Below, in pieces: positions 35,088 through 43,326 of a stretch of DNA of 64,000 nucleotides. Origin of the DNA: Candidatus Latescibacterota bacterium. GTDB lineage: Bacteria > Latescibacterota > UBA2968 > UBA8231. The stretch covers positions 224,001-288,000 of the forward strand of contig CBDCSU010000004.1 in assembly GCA_965221775.1 (NCBI GenBank), given 5' to 3'. A program made the translations under genes and the position numbers. Below the pieces are notes generated by a model. It saw nothing but the letters and a program-made list of their open reading frames with translations, had not been told where the DNA came from and searched no databases. How positions within the stretch are numbered: position 1 is the first letter of the stretch; each line of letters opens with the position of its first letter.

Positions 35088-36497
35088 TCAGTGGATGACG
35101 ACCATCTTGGTCTCGGTCATCTCCTGGATCGTGTACTTCGGCCCCTCCTTGCCCATGCCCGACTCCTTCACGCCGCCGTAAGGCATCAGGTCCGCGCGCC
35201 ACTGCGTGCCCCAGTTGATGTGGATGTTCCCGGACTCGACCTGCTGGGCGTACTTCAGGGCCCGGTCGATGTCCTGCGTGAAGATCGACGCCGACAGCCC
35301 GTAGTTCGTGTCGTTGGCCATGGCGATGGCCGCATCGATGTCGTCCACCCGCGTCAGTGCAACGGCGGGGCCGAAGATCTCGTCGCAGGAGACGCGCATG
35401 GCGGGGGACACGTCGGCCAGGATCGTGGGCTGATGGAGGGTGCCCTCGCGCCCTCCGCCGGTGACGAGGCGAGCCCCGCCGGAGACCGCGTCGGAGATCC
35501 AGCCCTCCACCCTCTCGGCATCGGACTCGCGGATCATCGGCCCCATGGTGGTCCCGTCCTTCAAGGGGTCGCCGGTGGACAGGCCTTCCACCTTGGGGGT
35601 CAGGGCGTCGATGAAGTCTCCGTACACGGTGCCCTCCACGAGAATGCGCTGCGCCGAGATGCATACCTGGCCGGCGTTTGCGAACCCCGAGGAGGTCACG
35701 CCCTCGGCGACCTTGTCCAGATCGGCGTCGTCCATGACCACCACGGGCGAGTTCGACCCGAGCTCCATGGTGACCCGCTTCAGGCCGGCGGTCCTGCAGA
35801 TGTGCTCACCCACGTCCCGGGAGCCGGTGAAGGAGATCTTGCGCACCCGCTCGTCGGAGGCGATGGCGTCTCCTATCGCTGCGCCCGATCCGGTGACCAC
35901 GCTCACCGCCTCCGGCGGGAAGCCGGCGTCGAGCATGATCTCCACCAGCTTGACACCCGACAGGGGCGTGTCGCTGGCCGGTTTGAGGAGCACGGCGTTC
36001 CCCGCGGCCAGGGCCGGCCCGACCTTGTGGCAGACCAGGTTCAGGGGAAAGTTGAACGGCGTGATCGCCGCCACCACGCCGCACGGCACCCTCAGGGTGA
36101 AGCCGAACTTCCCGGCCCCGTTGGAGGCGGCGCCCAGGTCGAGGGTTTCTCCCGTCAGGCGCTTGGCCTCCTCCGCCGACAGGGTGATCGTCTCCTGGGC
36201 CCGCGCCGCTTCGCCCATGCCCTCCGGGAGGATCTTCCCCTCCTCGAGAGTGATGGTGCGGCCCAGGTCGTCCAGGCGCTCGGTCATCAGGTCGGCGGCC
36301 TTGTGCAGCAGCTCGTAGCGCTCGAAGGCGGGCATCCGCCGCATGATCTCCGCCCCGCGCACCGCGGTCTCGATCGCTTCGGTCACGTCGCCGGCCCCCG
36401 CCCTTGGCACGGTGTCGACGACGGAGCCGTCGAAGGGATTGAGGACCTCGATCTCATCCTCCTTGCCGATCCACTGGCCGCCCACATGCATCTTCAT
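35088..36497 (-). CDS. Aldehyde dehydrogenase family protein (GapN/lactaldehyde dehydrogenase-like)
   Basis: ITPFNFPLN, FTGS, MELGSNS, NAGQVCIS, EIFGP, MPYGGVKESG. Confidence 0.93.
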   Translation of the reverse strand: MKMHVGGQWIGKEDEIEVLNPFDGSVVDTVPRAGAGDVTEAIETAVRGAEIMRRMPAFERYELLHKAADLMTERLDDLGRTITLEEGKILPEGMGEAARAQETITLSAEEAKRLTGETLDLGAASNGAGKFGFTLRVPCGVVAAITPFNFPLNLVCHKVGPALAAGNAVLLKPASDTPLSGVKLVEIMLDAGFPPEAVSVVTGSGAAIGDAIASDERVRKISFTGSRDVGEHICRTAGLKRVTMELGSNSPVVVMDDADLDKVAEGVTSSGFANAGQVCISAQRILVEGTVYGDFIDALTPKVEGLSTGDPLKDGTTMGPMIRESDAERVEGWISDAVSGGARLVTGGGREGTLHQPTILADVSPAMRVSCDEIFGPAVALTRVDDIDAAIAMANDTNYGLSASIFTQDIDRALKYAQQVESGNIHINWGTQWRADLMPYGGVKESGMGKEGPKYTIQEMTETKMVVIH

Positions 36498-36552
36498 GGC
36501 TTTGATCCTGTTGCTGAGGTGGTCGTTTTCGCGAAGACGCGAAGGAAGATAG

Positions 36553-37041
36553 TCACTCCGTCGATTCGAGGTCGAGGTGCTCCGCGTGGACCCTGCTCGG
36601 GCCGATCGTCAGCATTCCCGCCAGCCGGGGCTTCCCGAACCGCTTGCGCCCCGCGCTGGCCGGGTTGAAGTAGAGGACGGGGGTCTCGGGCGGACCCGCC
36701 CCCTGCAGGAAGGGGATGTGGCTGTGACCGAAGATGACGACCCTGGCGCCGGGCGGCAGCGGGTCTTCGGAGGTCCCGCCGCCGGGCGGCGTGAAGATGT
36801 GGGTCATGTAGATCGAGACGCCGGCGACCGAGAGGCTGATCGACTCGGGGAGGTGTGCGAGACCGGGACCCTCGTCGACGTTGCCCCGTACAGCGATCAC
36901 GGGGGCGACGTTGGACAACTCTTCGAGGATCGACGGGTTCCCCACGTCGCCGGCATGGAGAATGAGGTCGACTCCGGCATAGAGCCGCGGCACCCGCGGA
37001 TCCAGGAACCCGTGGGTGTCGGAGACGACGCCGGCCCGCAT
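36553..37041 (-). CDS. YfcE-family metallophosphoesterase
   Basis: SDTHG, HAGD, RGNVD, GHSH, NPAS. Confidence 0.9.
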   Translation of the reverse strand: MRAGVVSDTHGFLDPRVPRLYAGVDLILHAGDVGNPSILEELSNVAPVIAVRGNVDEGPGLAHLPESISLSVAGVSIYMTHIFTPPGGGTSEDPLPPGARVVIFGHSHIPFLQGAGPPETPVLYFNPASAGRKRFGKPRLAGMLTIGPSRVHAEHLDLESTE

Positions 37042-37046
37042 GCGGC

Positions 37047-37952
37047 TCAAGGATCCATGGCGCACCGGAATCCGATGCGCGGTCCCTTGTCGCGCGGTTT
37101 CCCGAAGGCCCGCATGGCGATGCGGATCTGGTGCGAGGGGGATTTGTAGGACCCTCCCTTGACCACCTTCTTGGTTCCGGTGGACGGCCCCGTCGGATCA
37201 CGGATCGCCTCCTTGCCTCCGCCGGGGTCCCGGGCTTCCGCCAACTGGCGGTAGTAGTACACCGCGTACCAGTCGTGGACCCACTCCTCGGCGTTGCCCG
37301 CCATGTCCATGATGCCGAAGGGACTCACCCCGTCGGGATAGGAGCCCACCGGCGCCGTCCACGTATGGCCGTCCTGGTCGTGCCCGGTCCTGGGGCGGTA
37401 GTTCGCCCACCAGATGCCGTTGGAGTAGGGATGCCCCTCGCCCCAGGGATACTGCCGGTACTCCCTCCCCCGGGCGGCGTACTCCCACTCCGCCTCGGTG
37501 GGCAGGCGCTTCCCCGCCCAGTGGCAGTACGCGTAGGCGTCGTACCAGTTGAGCCCGACCGCCGGTAGCCGGTCCCCACGCAGGTCGTCGTTCAGGTAGC
37601 GCTGCCTGTGCTCCAGGTTCTCCGGCTGATCGGGATGGCTCCACTTGCGGCCGTGGGCGGCGACATCGTCGAGGAAGCGCCCGTACTGGGCGTTGGTCAC
37701 CTCTTGCTTGTCCAGGTAGTAGGCGCTGAGGTGCACCTCGTGCTCGGGCCGCTCGGCGACATAGGTGAGCAGGTGGCCGTCCGGTGCCTGGCTGACCTCC
37801 TCCTCGCGACCCCCCATGGGGAAAGCGCCCTCCGGGATGAGGACCATCACCGAGCCGTCGTCGGCGGTGATCACGGGGTCGGGGCCGCAGCCGAGAACGA
37901 CGAAGCCGGCCAGGGCCAGGAAGAGATGGCGGAGGCGATGTCCTCCTGTCAT
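37047..37952 (-). CDS. FGE-sulfatase/SUMF1 domain lipoprotein
   Basis: Lipobox VVLGC; F.MG, EVTNAQY, RLPTEAEWEYAAR, DMAGNA.EW, GFRC. Confidence 0.9.
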   Translation of the reverse strand: MTGGHRLRHLFLALAGFVVLGCGPDPVITADDGSVMVLIPEGAFPMGGREEEVSQAPDGHLLTYVAERPEHEVHLSAYYLDKQEVTNAQYGRFLDDVAAHGRKWSHPDQPENLEHRQRYLNDDLRGDRLPAVGLNWYDAYAYCHWAGKRLPTEAEWEYAARGREYRQYPWGEGHPYSNGIWWANYRPRTGHDQDGHTWTAPVGSYPDGVSPFGIMDMAGNAEEWVHDWYAVYYYRQLAEARDPGGGKEAIRDPTGPSTGTKKVVKGGSYKSPSHQIRIAMRAFGKPRDKGPRIGFRCAMDP

Positions 37953-38022
37953 CGTGCGAAGTCTCCTTGGGTTGGCGTGATCAGGATGTAGAATGATGGC
38001 GCCCCCTCAAGGTTCCCGAAAG

Positions 38023-39462
38023 CTACCACCCGAGGCGCTCCCGAAGGGGGATCGGACGGCCGGAGTCGTCGGAGAGCCGGGACGCCGGGGAGGAGACGCG
38101 CGTGAGGCGGCTTGCCGCCAGCAGCGCAGCGAGGGACGGGAGGACGGCGAGCAGGTCGGGGGGCCATCCGGGGGGAAGGGTGTACATGAAGAGCAGCCAG
38201 GAGGCGAATCCGGCGAGGATCGCGGCGAGGGACCCGACGGCGTTCGCTCCTTTCCACCAGATGCCGGCGGTCAGCGGCACGAAGAGGGTGGCGAGCAGGA
38301 CCGACCAGGAGTCGACCATCAGGTCGTAGACCGAGGTCCGATGCAGGGCCAGCAGGAGGGCGAACACCCCGAGGACGACGACGGAGAGACGGGAGGCCAG
38401 CAGGCAGGTCCTCTCCGTGACCTGGGGCCGCAGCGCCCGGAGCAGATCCCAGCCGATCACGCTCGAAGGCGCCAGCAGGGCGCTGTCGGCGCTGGACAAC
38501 AGAGCCGAGACCAGGGCGCCCATGAACAGCACCAGGGCCGCCGCGGGCAGGTACCGCTGGGCGATCTCCATCATCACCAGGTCGGGGTCGGCCAGGTCGG
38601 GGATGAGCACGGCGCCCGCCATGCCGAGCAGTACCGGCAGCAGACCGACGGTCAGGTAGATCAGCCCCGACAGGTAGGCGCTGCGCACGGCCACGCGGTC
38701 GTCACGACTCGACAGGCTGCGTTGGATCAGGTCCTGTCCGGCGAGGTTCCCGAGGCCGATGACCAGCCACTCGCGGGCATAGCCGAACCACTCGGTGGCG
38801 CCGGCTTCCCGGGGATAGAGGTGGAAGCGCTCCTCCGGGATCCGCGCGGCGATCGCCGCCCATCCCCCCATGTCGTGCAGGAGCAGAGGCGTGATCACGA
38901 CCATGCCGGCGATGAGCACGGCGAGCTGCACGAAATCGGTCAGGGTCACCGCCCACATGCCGCCGGCGAAGGTGTAGACCAGGACCACGGCGGCCCCCAC
39001 CAGGATGGCTACCGTGGGATCCAGCCCGGTCAGGGATTCCAGGATGACGCCGAAGGCGACCATGAGCGCCGCCACCCAACCCACGTAGGCCGGAACGGTG
39101 CACACGCTGGCCAGCAGGCCGGAGCGCACGTCGAAGCGGCGCGTGAAGAAGGAGGCCACGGTCATCACCCCGGCGCGGCGCAGGGCCCGGAGGTAGAAGG
39201 CCCCGGCCAGGAACAGGCACAACGCGGCGCCGAAGGGATCGGCGATGACGGCGAGAAAGCCGCCCTCGTAGGCGGCGCTGGCGGCGCCGATGCACAGGCC
39301 CCCGCCGAACCAAGTGGCCGACAGGGTCGCCGTGGCCAGCGGCAGGGACAGCCTGCGGCCGGCCACCAGGTAGTCGGCGGAGCTTGCGACGCGGCGGCTG
39401 GCGTAGATCCCGACGGCGAGCATCACCAGCAGGTACAGGCCAAGACCGGTCATCACGAACAT
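38023..39462 (-). CDS. Sodium:solute symporter (choline transporter-like)
   Basis: DYLVAGR, ATWFGGG, YT..GGMWAV..TDFVQ, QD..QR, SSADS. Confidence 0.9.
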   Translation of the reverse strand: MFVMTGLGLYLLVMLAVGIYASRRVASSADYLVAGRRLSLPLATATLSATWFGGGLCIGAASAAYEGGFLAVIADPFGAALCLFLAGAFYLRALRRAGVMTVASFFTRRFDVRSGLLASVCTVPAYVGWVAALMVAFGVILESLTGLDPTVAILVGAAVVLVYTFAGGMWAVTLTDFVQLAVLIAGMVVITPLLLHDMGGWAAIAARIPEERFHLYPREAGATEWFGYAREWLVIGLGNLAGQDLIQRSLSSRDDRVAVRSAYLSGLIYLTVGLLPVLLGMAGAVLIPDLADPDLVMMEIAQRYLPAAALVLFMGALVSALLSSADSALLAPSSVIGWDLLRALRPQVTERTCLLASRLSVVVLGVFALLLALHRTSVYDLMVDSWSVLLATLFVPLTAGIWWKGANAVGSLAAILAGFASWLLFMYTLPPGWPPDLLAVLPSLAALLAASRLTRVSSPASRLSDDSGRPIPLRERLGW

Positions 39463-39528
39463 GTCGGCATTATAAGAAAACCGGGGAAGCGGGCCGCAGG
39501 GCCCTCGGCTCCCCCTCGCGCGGTGACC

Positions 39529-39578
39529 GATGGCGGCCCCCGCCATCCACGGATGGCGGAGTTGGCGGTTCCCGCCGA
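39529..39578. promoter_or_regulatory. Palindromic upstream activating sequences for a sigma54 activator
   Basis: GATGGCGG-CCC-CCGCCATC (39529-39547) and TTGGCGG-TTC-CCGCCGA (39562-39578), 100-150 bp upstream of the -24 element. Confidence 0.6.
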
Positions 39579-39678
39579 TTCGCAACGTCACATGACTTTC
39601 CGTTCGTCTCCAGGCAGTACTTGATAAAAGATTGAAGGAGATAACGTTAGGATTCCATCAGAGCCTTCGTAGTGGTCC

Positions 39679-39694
39679 TGGCACCGCTCTTGCT
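39679..39694 (+). promoter_or_regulatory. Sigma54 (-24/-12) promoter of the pspA operon
   Basis: TGGCAC-CGCTC-TTGCT matches TGGCAC-N5-TTGCW; AT-rich tract (about 39620-39660) just upstream. Confidence 0.9.
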
Positions 39695-39784
39695 CAGCAG
39701 GGATGACAGGTCCCGGACCCCTCGGTGGAGGGGGGGGCACGGAAGGGTTAGTTTTCCACAACTTGGCTACGAGAGAGGCGAGCG

Positions 39785-40480
39785 ATGGCAAAGGGCATGT
39801 TCGCGCGCATGGCAGACATCCTGCGATCCAACATCAGCGAGGCCCTCGACCGCGCCGAAGAGCCCGAGAAGCTCATCCGGCAGATGATTCGCGAGATGGA
39901 GGAGGCGGTGAACAAGGCCACCGCCTCGGTGGGCACGGCGGTGGCCAACCAGAAGCGGCTCGAGCGTCAGCACGACGAGCGCGCCGCCCAGTGCGAGGAG
40001 TGGCAGCGGCGGGCCGAGCGCGCCGTCGAAGCCGGCGAGGACGACCTGGCCCGGCGCGCCCTCGAGCGCCGGGCGGTCCTGCAGCAGGCCGCCGCCGACC
40101 TGGCCCCGGCCCTGGAGGAGAGCCGCCGCACGGCAGAGCAGCTGCGCGAGCAACTCCGGGAGCTCAAGGGCAAGCTCGAGGAGGCCCGGACGCGTCAGGG
40201 GACCCTGATGGCCCGCCACCGGGCCGCCGAAGCCCGCAAGCGCCTGGCGCAGTCGATGCACGGCCTCGGAGACGACGCCTTCTCCAGCTTCGAGCGTTTC
40301 GAGCAGCGGGTGGAGGACACCGAGGCCGAAGCCGAGGCCCACGCCGAGGTCGCCGATGATCTGGGCGAGGTCGAGCGGCGGGTGCGGGACATGGACCGGT
40401 CGGCGGCGGTGGAAGATGAGTTGAAGGCCCTCAAGGACCGGCTCCTGCGCGAGCGCGAGCAGGCTTCGGGGAGCGCGTGA
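39785..40480 (+). CDS. pspA: Phage shock protein A (PspA/IM30, ESCRT-III superfamily)
   Basis: GMFARMADILRSNI...DRAEEPEKLIRQMIREME, AE.A...G.DDLAR.AL, FERFEQRV...EAEAEA, VEDEL.ALK. Confidence 0.95.
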   Translation: MAKGMFARMADILRSNISEALDRAEEPEKLIRQMIREMEEAVNKATASVGTAVANQKRLERQHDERAAQCEEWQRRAERAVEAGEDDLARRALERRAVLQQAAADLAPALEESRRTAEQLREQLRELKGKLEEARTRQGTLMARHRAAEARKRLAQSMHGLGDDAFSSFERFEQRVEDTEAEAEAHAEVADDLGEVERRVRDMDRSAAVEDELKALKDRLLREREQASGSA

Positions 40481-40484
40481 GGGA

Positions 40485-40955
40485 GTGAGACCGATGGGCA
40501 CCCCCTTGGAGGGATGGCTCCGACGCGCGGGATCCCTGCTGTTCAGGGCGGCGTCGGCCCTGCTCCTGTCGGTGGGCCTGGGGCTGATCCTCTACGGGAT
40601 GGGTCAGCGCATCGACCACGACGACTGGCAGGAGCCGCTGTCCATCGGGGTCCCCGTCTTCGCCCTCGGGGCCGCGGCCTGGTTCTGCTCCGGACGCCTC
40701 GCCGCCTCTGCCCGGCAGGCCCGCGCCCGGCGCATGGAGAACCGCATCCTGCGGCTGGCGCGAGAGCGCTTCGGCCGGCTCACGGTCATCGAGGCCGCCG
40801 TCGAGACCGGTCTCACCGCCGCCGAGACCGAGTCGATCCTTCGGGGCTTGGCCGATGGCGGATTCGTGGAGATCGAGGTCAACGAAGCCGGGGTCATGAG
40901 CTACCGTTTCCCCGAGGTCATCTACTCGTCGAGAGGCGAACGTTCCGCCTTGTGA
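40485..40955 (+). CDS. Psp-associated membrane protein, 2 TM plus C-terminal winged-helix-like domain
   Basis: Two hydrophobic segments, then ILRLA...GRLTV.EAA.ETGL...E...L..L...G...EVNE.G...YRFPE. Confidence 0.7.
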   Translation: MRPMGTPLEGWLRRAGSLLFRAASALLLSVGLGLILYGMGQRIDHDDWQEPLSIGVPVFALGAAAWFCSGRLAASARQARARRMENRILRLARERFGRLTVIEAAVETGLTAAETESILRGLADGGFVEIEVNEAGVMSYRFPEVIYSSRGERSAL

Positions 40956-40980
40956 GACAGCCCCGAAAGGACTGCGCCCC

Positions 40981-41337
40981 ATGAGGATTCCGACGATTTT
41001 CCACTGGCCCACGCCATGGTTCTGGGTCGGCCTGACGATATTGCTGCTTGGTCTGGTGGGGGATTCTCCGGCCATGGCGGTCGCCGCCGTGATCGTCCTC
41101 GCCGCAAGCGTGGCCCACGTCGCCAGGGGCAAGGCCGCCCGGCCGCGCCCCGAGGGCCACTGGGACGACGCGAGAGTCGGAGAGCCCCCGGGGCTGGACC
41201 AGCGCCTCACCGAGATCGAGCGGCGTCTCACGGACACGCAGGACGTGATGATCGCCCTGAGCGAGAAGATGGACCGCTGGGAGCGGGAGGGGATGTCCCC
41301 GGCCCCGGCTGGGGCCGCCGACAGGGGGACGGAGTAG
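40981..41337 (+). CDS. Psp-associated small membrane protein with C-terminal coiled coil
   Basis: Two TM segments; LDQRLTEIERRLTDTQDVMIALSEKMDRWE. Confidence 0.75.
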   Translation: MRIPTIFHWPTPWFWVGLTILLLGLVGDSPAMAVAAVIVLAASVAHVARGKAARPRPEGHWDDARVGEPPGLDQRLTEIERRLTDTQDVMIALSEKMDRWEREGMSPAPAGAADRGTE

Positions 41338-41701
41338 AGATGCTCGTCAGGATCTTCGCCGGGGCCCTCCTGCTTCTGGGCGCGGCCTCTGCCGTCAGCT
41401 TTCTCGTGGGAGCCTTCCCCGTCATCCTCCTCCCCTGGGACGGATTCCATGGCCCCCCTGGGGGGTTCGGAGTCTCGGGCTGGTTCGGTGATGCCCTCGG
41501 GGCCATCGTGCTGGTCACGCTCTTCGGCGTCCTGCTCAATGGGGGTTACTGGATCCACGTCCATCTGGAAGACCGCAGAGCCCGCACGAAGGGCGCGCTG
41601 CCCGAAGGGGACGTGGCCCGGCGGCTGGACGAGCTCGAGGCCCGCACCCGGGACGTCCTCGACGTGATGATCGCCTTGAGCGAGAAGATGGACCGCTGGG
41701 A
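41242..41701 (+). repeat. 41-bp direct repeat (41242-41282 and 41661-41701), 40/41 identical
   Basis: GACGTGATGATCGCC(C/T)TGAGCGAGAAGATGGACCGCTGGGA encodes DVMIALSEKMDRW in two adjacent genes. Confidence 0.95.
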
Positions 41702-41747
41702 ACGGCAAGGCGCGCCCGCCGCCGCCGACCGCACCCCCGGGAATTGA
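41340..41747 (+). CDS. Psp-associated small membrane protein with C-terminal coiled coil
   Basis: ATG 41340 just after the upstream stop; MLVRIFAG..., 2 TM; RRLDELEARTRDVLDVMIALSEKMDRWE. Confidence 0.75.
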   Translation: MLVRIFAGALLLLGAASAVSFLVGAFPVILLPWDGFHGPPGGFGVSGWFGDALGAIVLVTLFGVLLNGGYWIHVHLEDRRARTKGALPEGDVARRLDELEARTRDVLDVMIALSEKMDRWERQGAPAAADRTPGN

Positions 41748-41761
41748 GGAGGAGCGCGATC

Positions 41762-41908
41762 ATGCTTGTCAGAATACTCGGCGCCGCCCTGCTGGCCGTG
41801 GGCGTCGTCCTCGCCCTGGACATGCTGCTGGGGGTGCTCTGGTCGATCCTCTCGGTGGCCTTCGTCGCCGTCCTCCTCTGGGGCGGATGGAGACTGCTGA
41901 AGTCGTGA
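41762..41908 (+). CDS. 48-aa membrane microprotein (below ORF-track cutoff)
   Basis: GAGGAGGAG RBS; MLVRILGAALLAVGVVLALDMLLGVLWSILSVAFVAVLLWGGWRLLKS; stop overlaps kinase GTG. Confidence 0.75.
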   Translation: MLVRILGAALLAVGVVLALDMLLGVLWSILSVAFVAVLLWGGWRLLKS

Positions 41909-43326
41909 CCTCCGCGGCCTCGGCCGGCCAGCGGGCCCTTCTGGAAGAGGGTCGCCGGCTCTTCCGCCAGGGCCGTCACCCCGAGGCCCGCCAGATCCTC
42001 CAGCGGGCCCTGGAGCCCTCCTCGGAGCAGGCCCCCGGGAACGGTGCCGCCGAGATGCTCTTCCTGCGGGGGATGTGCCACCTGCAGGAGGGCGCCGAGG
42101 CCGACGGCGTGGAGGACCTGGAAGCGGCCGCCGGCCAGGGCTGGCTGGAGGCTCGGTTCCAGCTCGCCCAGCACTACGCGGCCAAGGGCCGACGCGGCGA
42201 TCTGCGCCGGCGGGCCATCTCCCACCTCCGGCAGGTCCTGGCGGCCGACGCCGACGATCCCAGCCTCGCCGCCGGCCGCGACCGTGTCTGCTTCGCCCTG
42301 GGCGGCCTCTACGCCGAAGGCGACGAGCCCGGCGACGTCGACCGCGGCATCGCCGCCTACCGCCAGGGCCTCTCCGTCAACCCCCTCTCCGCCGTCGGGC
42401 ACAACAGCCTGGGACAGCTCCTGATGCGCTTCGAGCCCCTCGGCGCCCTCGGCGAGTTCAAGGTGGCCCTGCAGCTGGACCCGGACCTCCGGGCCGCCTG
42501 CGGCAACCTCGCCCGCCTCCTGGTCGAGCGCATCCCCCCGCGGGAGCTGGCCGCCGAGTACGCCCGCATCGTCGAGGAGTTCGAGGAGCGGGCCCCCCAC
42601 GTGCTCGCCCGCCTGTCCCAGGAGCTGGTGGAGCTGGGGCGCGAGCAGGCCTATCGCGGCCTGTACACCAAGGGCCACCAGCTGAAGAACCTGATCGGCC
42701 TCGTGGGCAGCCGGCTGCGTCGGCTGACCCGCAAGCTGCCTTGCGAGGACGGCGCGGCCGCGGAGCTGCGCCAGGTCGAGCAGGAGCACGCCCGCCTTTA
42801 CGATGAATGGGTGGGCTATCTGTCGGCCATGACCCCCGACCGGGTCGTCACCGGCCTGGTCGATCCCGCCCGGGTCGCCCGCCGGGTGGTGGAAGCCCTC
42901 GGCGCCGACACGCAGGTCGCGTTGGGAATGCGGGTGCAGGAGGGAGTGCCGCGGATCGAGGCGGACGAGCGCCTGCTCCGGGAGGCGGTGACCAACCTGT
43001 GCCTCAATGCCATACAGGCCGTCTCGGGGGAGGCCTTGCCGGGGGAGGTCTCCGTCGGCGTCGGTTTCGACGTCCACGGGGTGTTCATCGAGGTGGAGGA
43101 TTCCGGGCCGGGCATCCCCGCCGACGTGATCGACCACGTCTTCGATCCGGGGTTCACCACCCGGAGCCAGGGCAACGGCTACGGTCTCGCCATCGCCCAG
43201 CGGATCGCCCAGGCCCACCACGGCGACCTCCGGGTCAAGAGCCGCGTCGGCCGAGGCACCGTGTTCCGCCTCGACCTGCCGGTCAACTACGAAGCCGAGA
43301 GCCGGGTCGGCGGGGAGGTTCTGTGA
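41905..43326 (+). CDS. Soluble TPR-repeat sensor histidine kinase
   Basis: N-terminal TPR-like repeats, H-box GHQLKN, N-box NLCLNA, EDSGPGI, FDPGFTT, GNGYGL; no TM segment. Confidence 0.88.
   Translation: MTSAASAGQRALLEEGRRLFRQGRHPEARQILQRALEPSSEQAPGNGAAEMLFLRGMCHLQEGAEADGVEDLEAAAGQGWLEARFQLAQHYAAKGRRGDLRRRAISHLRQVLAADADDPSLAAGRDRVCFALGGLYAEGDEPGDVDRGIAAYRQGLSVNPLSAVGHNSLGQLLMRFEPLGALGEFKVALQLDPDLRAACGNLARLLVERIPPRELAAEYARIVEEFEERAPHVLARLSQELVELGREQAYRGLYTKGHQLKNLIGLVGSRLRRLTRKLPCEDGAAAELRQVEQEHARLYDEWVGYLSAMTPDRVVTGLVDPARVARRVVEALGADTQVALGMRVQEGVPRIEADERLLREAVTNLCLNAIQAVSGEALPGEVSVGVGFDVHGVFIEVEDSGPGIPADVIDHVFDPGFTTRSQGNGYGLAIAQRIAQAHHGDLRVKSRVGRGTVFRLDLPVNYEAESRVGGEVL

Noticed and set aside
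29463-36497. Sulfonate/sulfoquinovose catabolic pathway suggested by TauE plus aldehyde dehydrogenase
   Set aside because: No sulfoquinovosidase, transaldolase/aldolase or desulfonating enzyme recognised; the families are too generic
39620-39660. Exact IHF site in the psp promoter
   Set aside because: AT-rich, but only partial matches to WATCAR-N4-TTR; not called as a feature
41242-41701. 41-bp repeat as a CRISPR array or DGR template/variable repeat
   Set aside because: Only two copies 419 bp apart, both in frame within genes, with one synonymous C/T difference; no cas or reverse transcriptase gene
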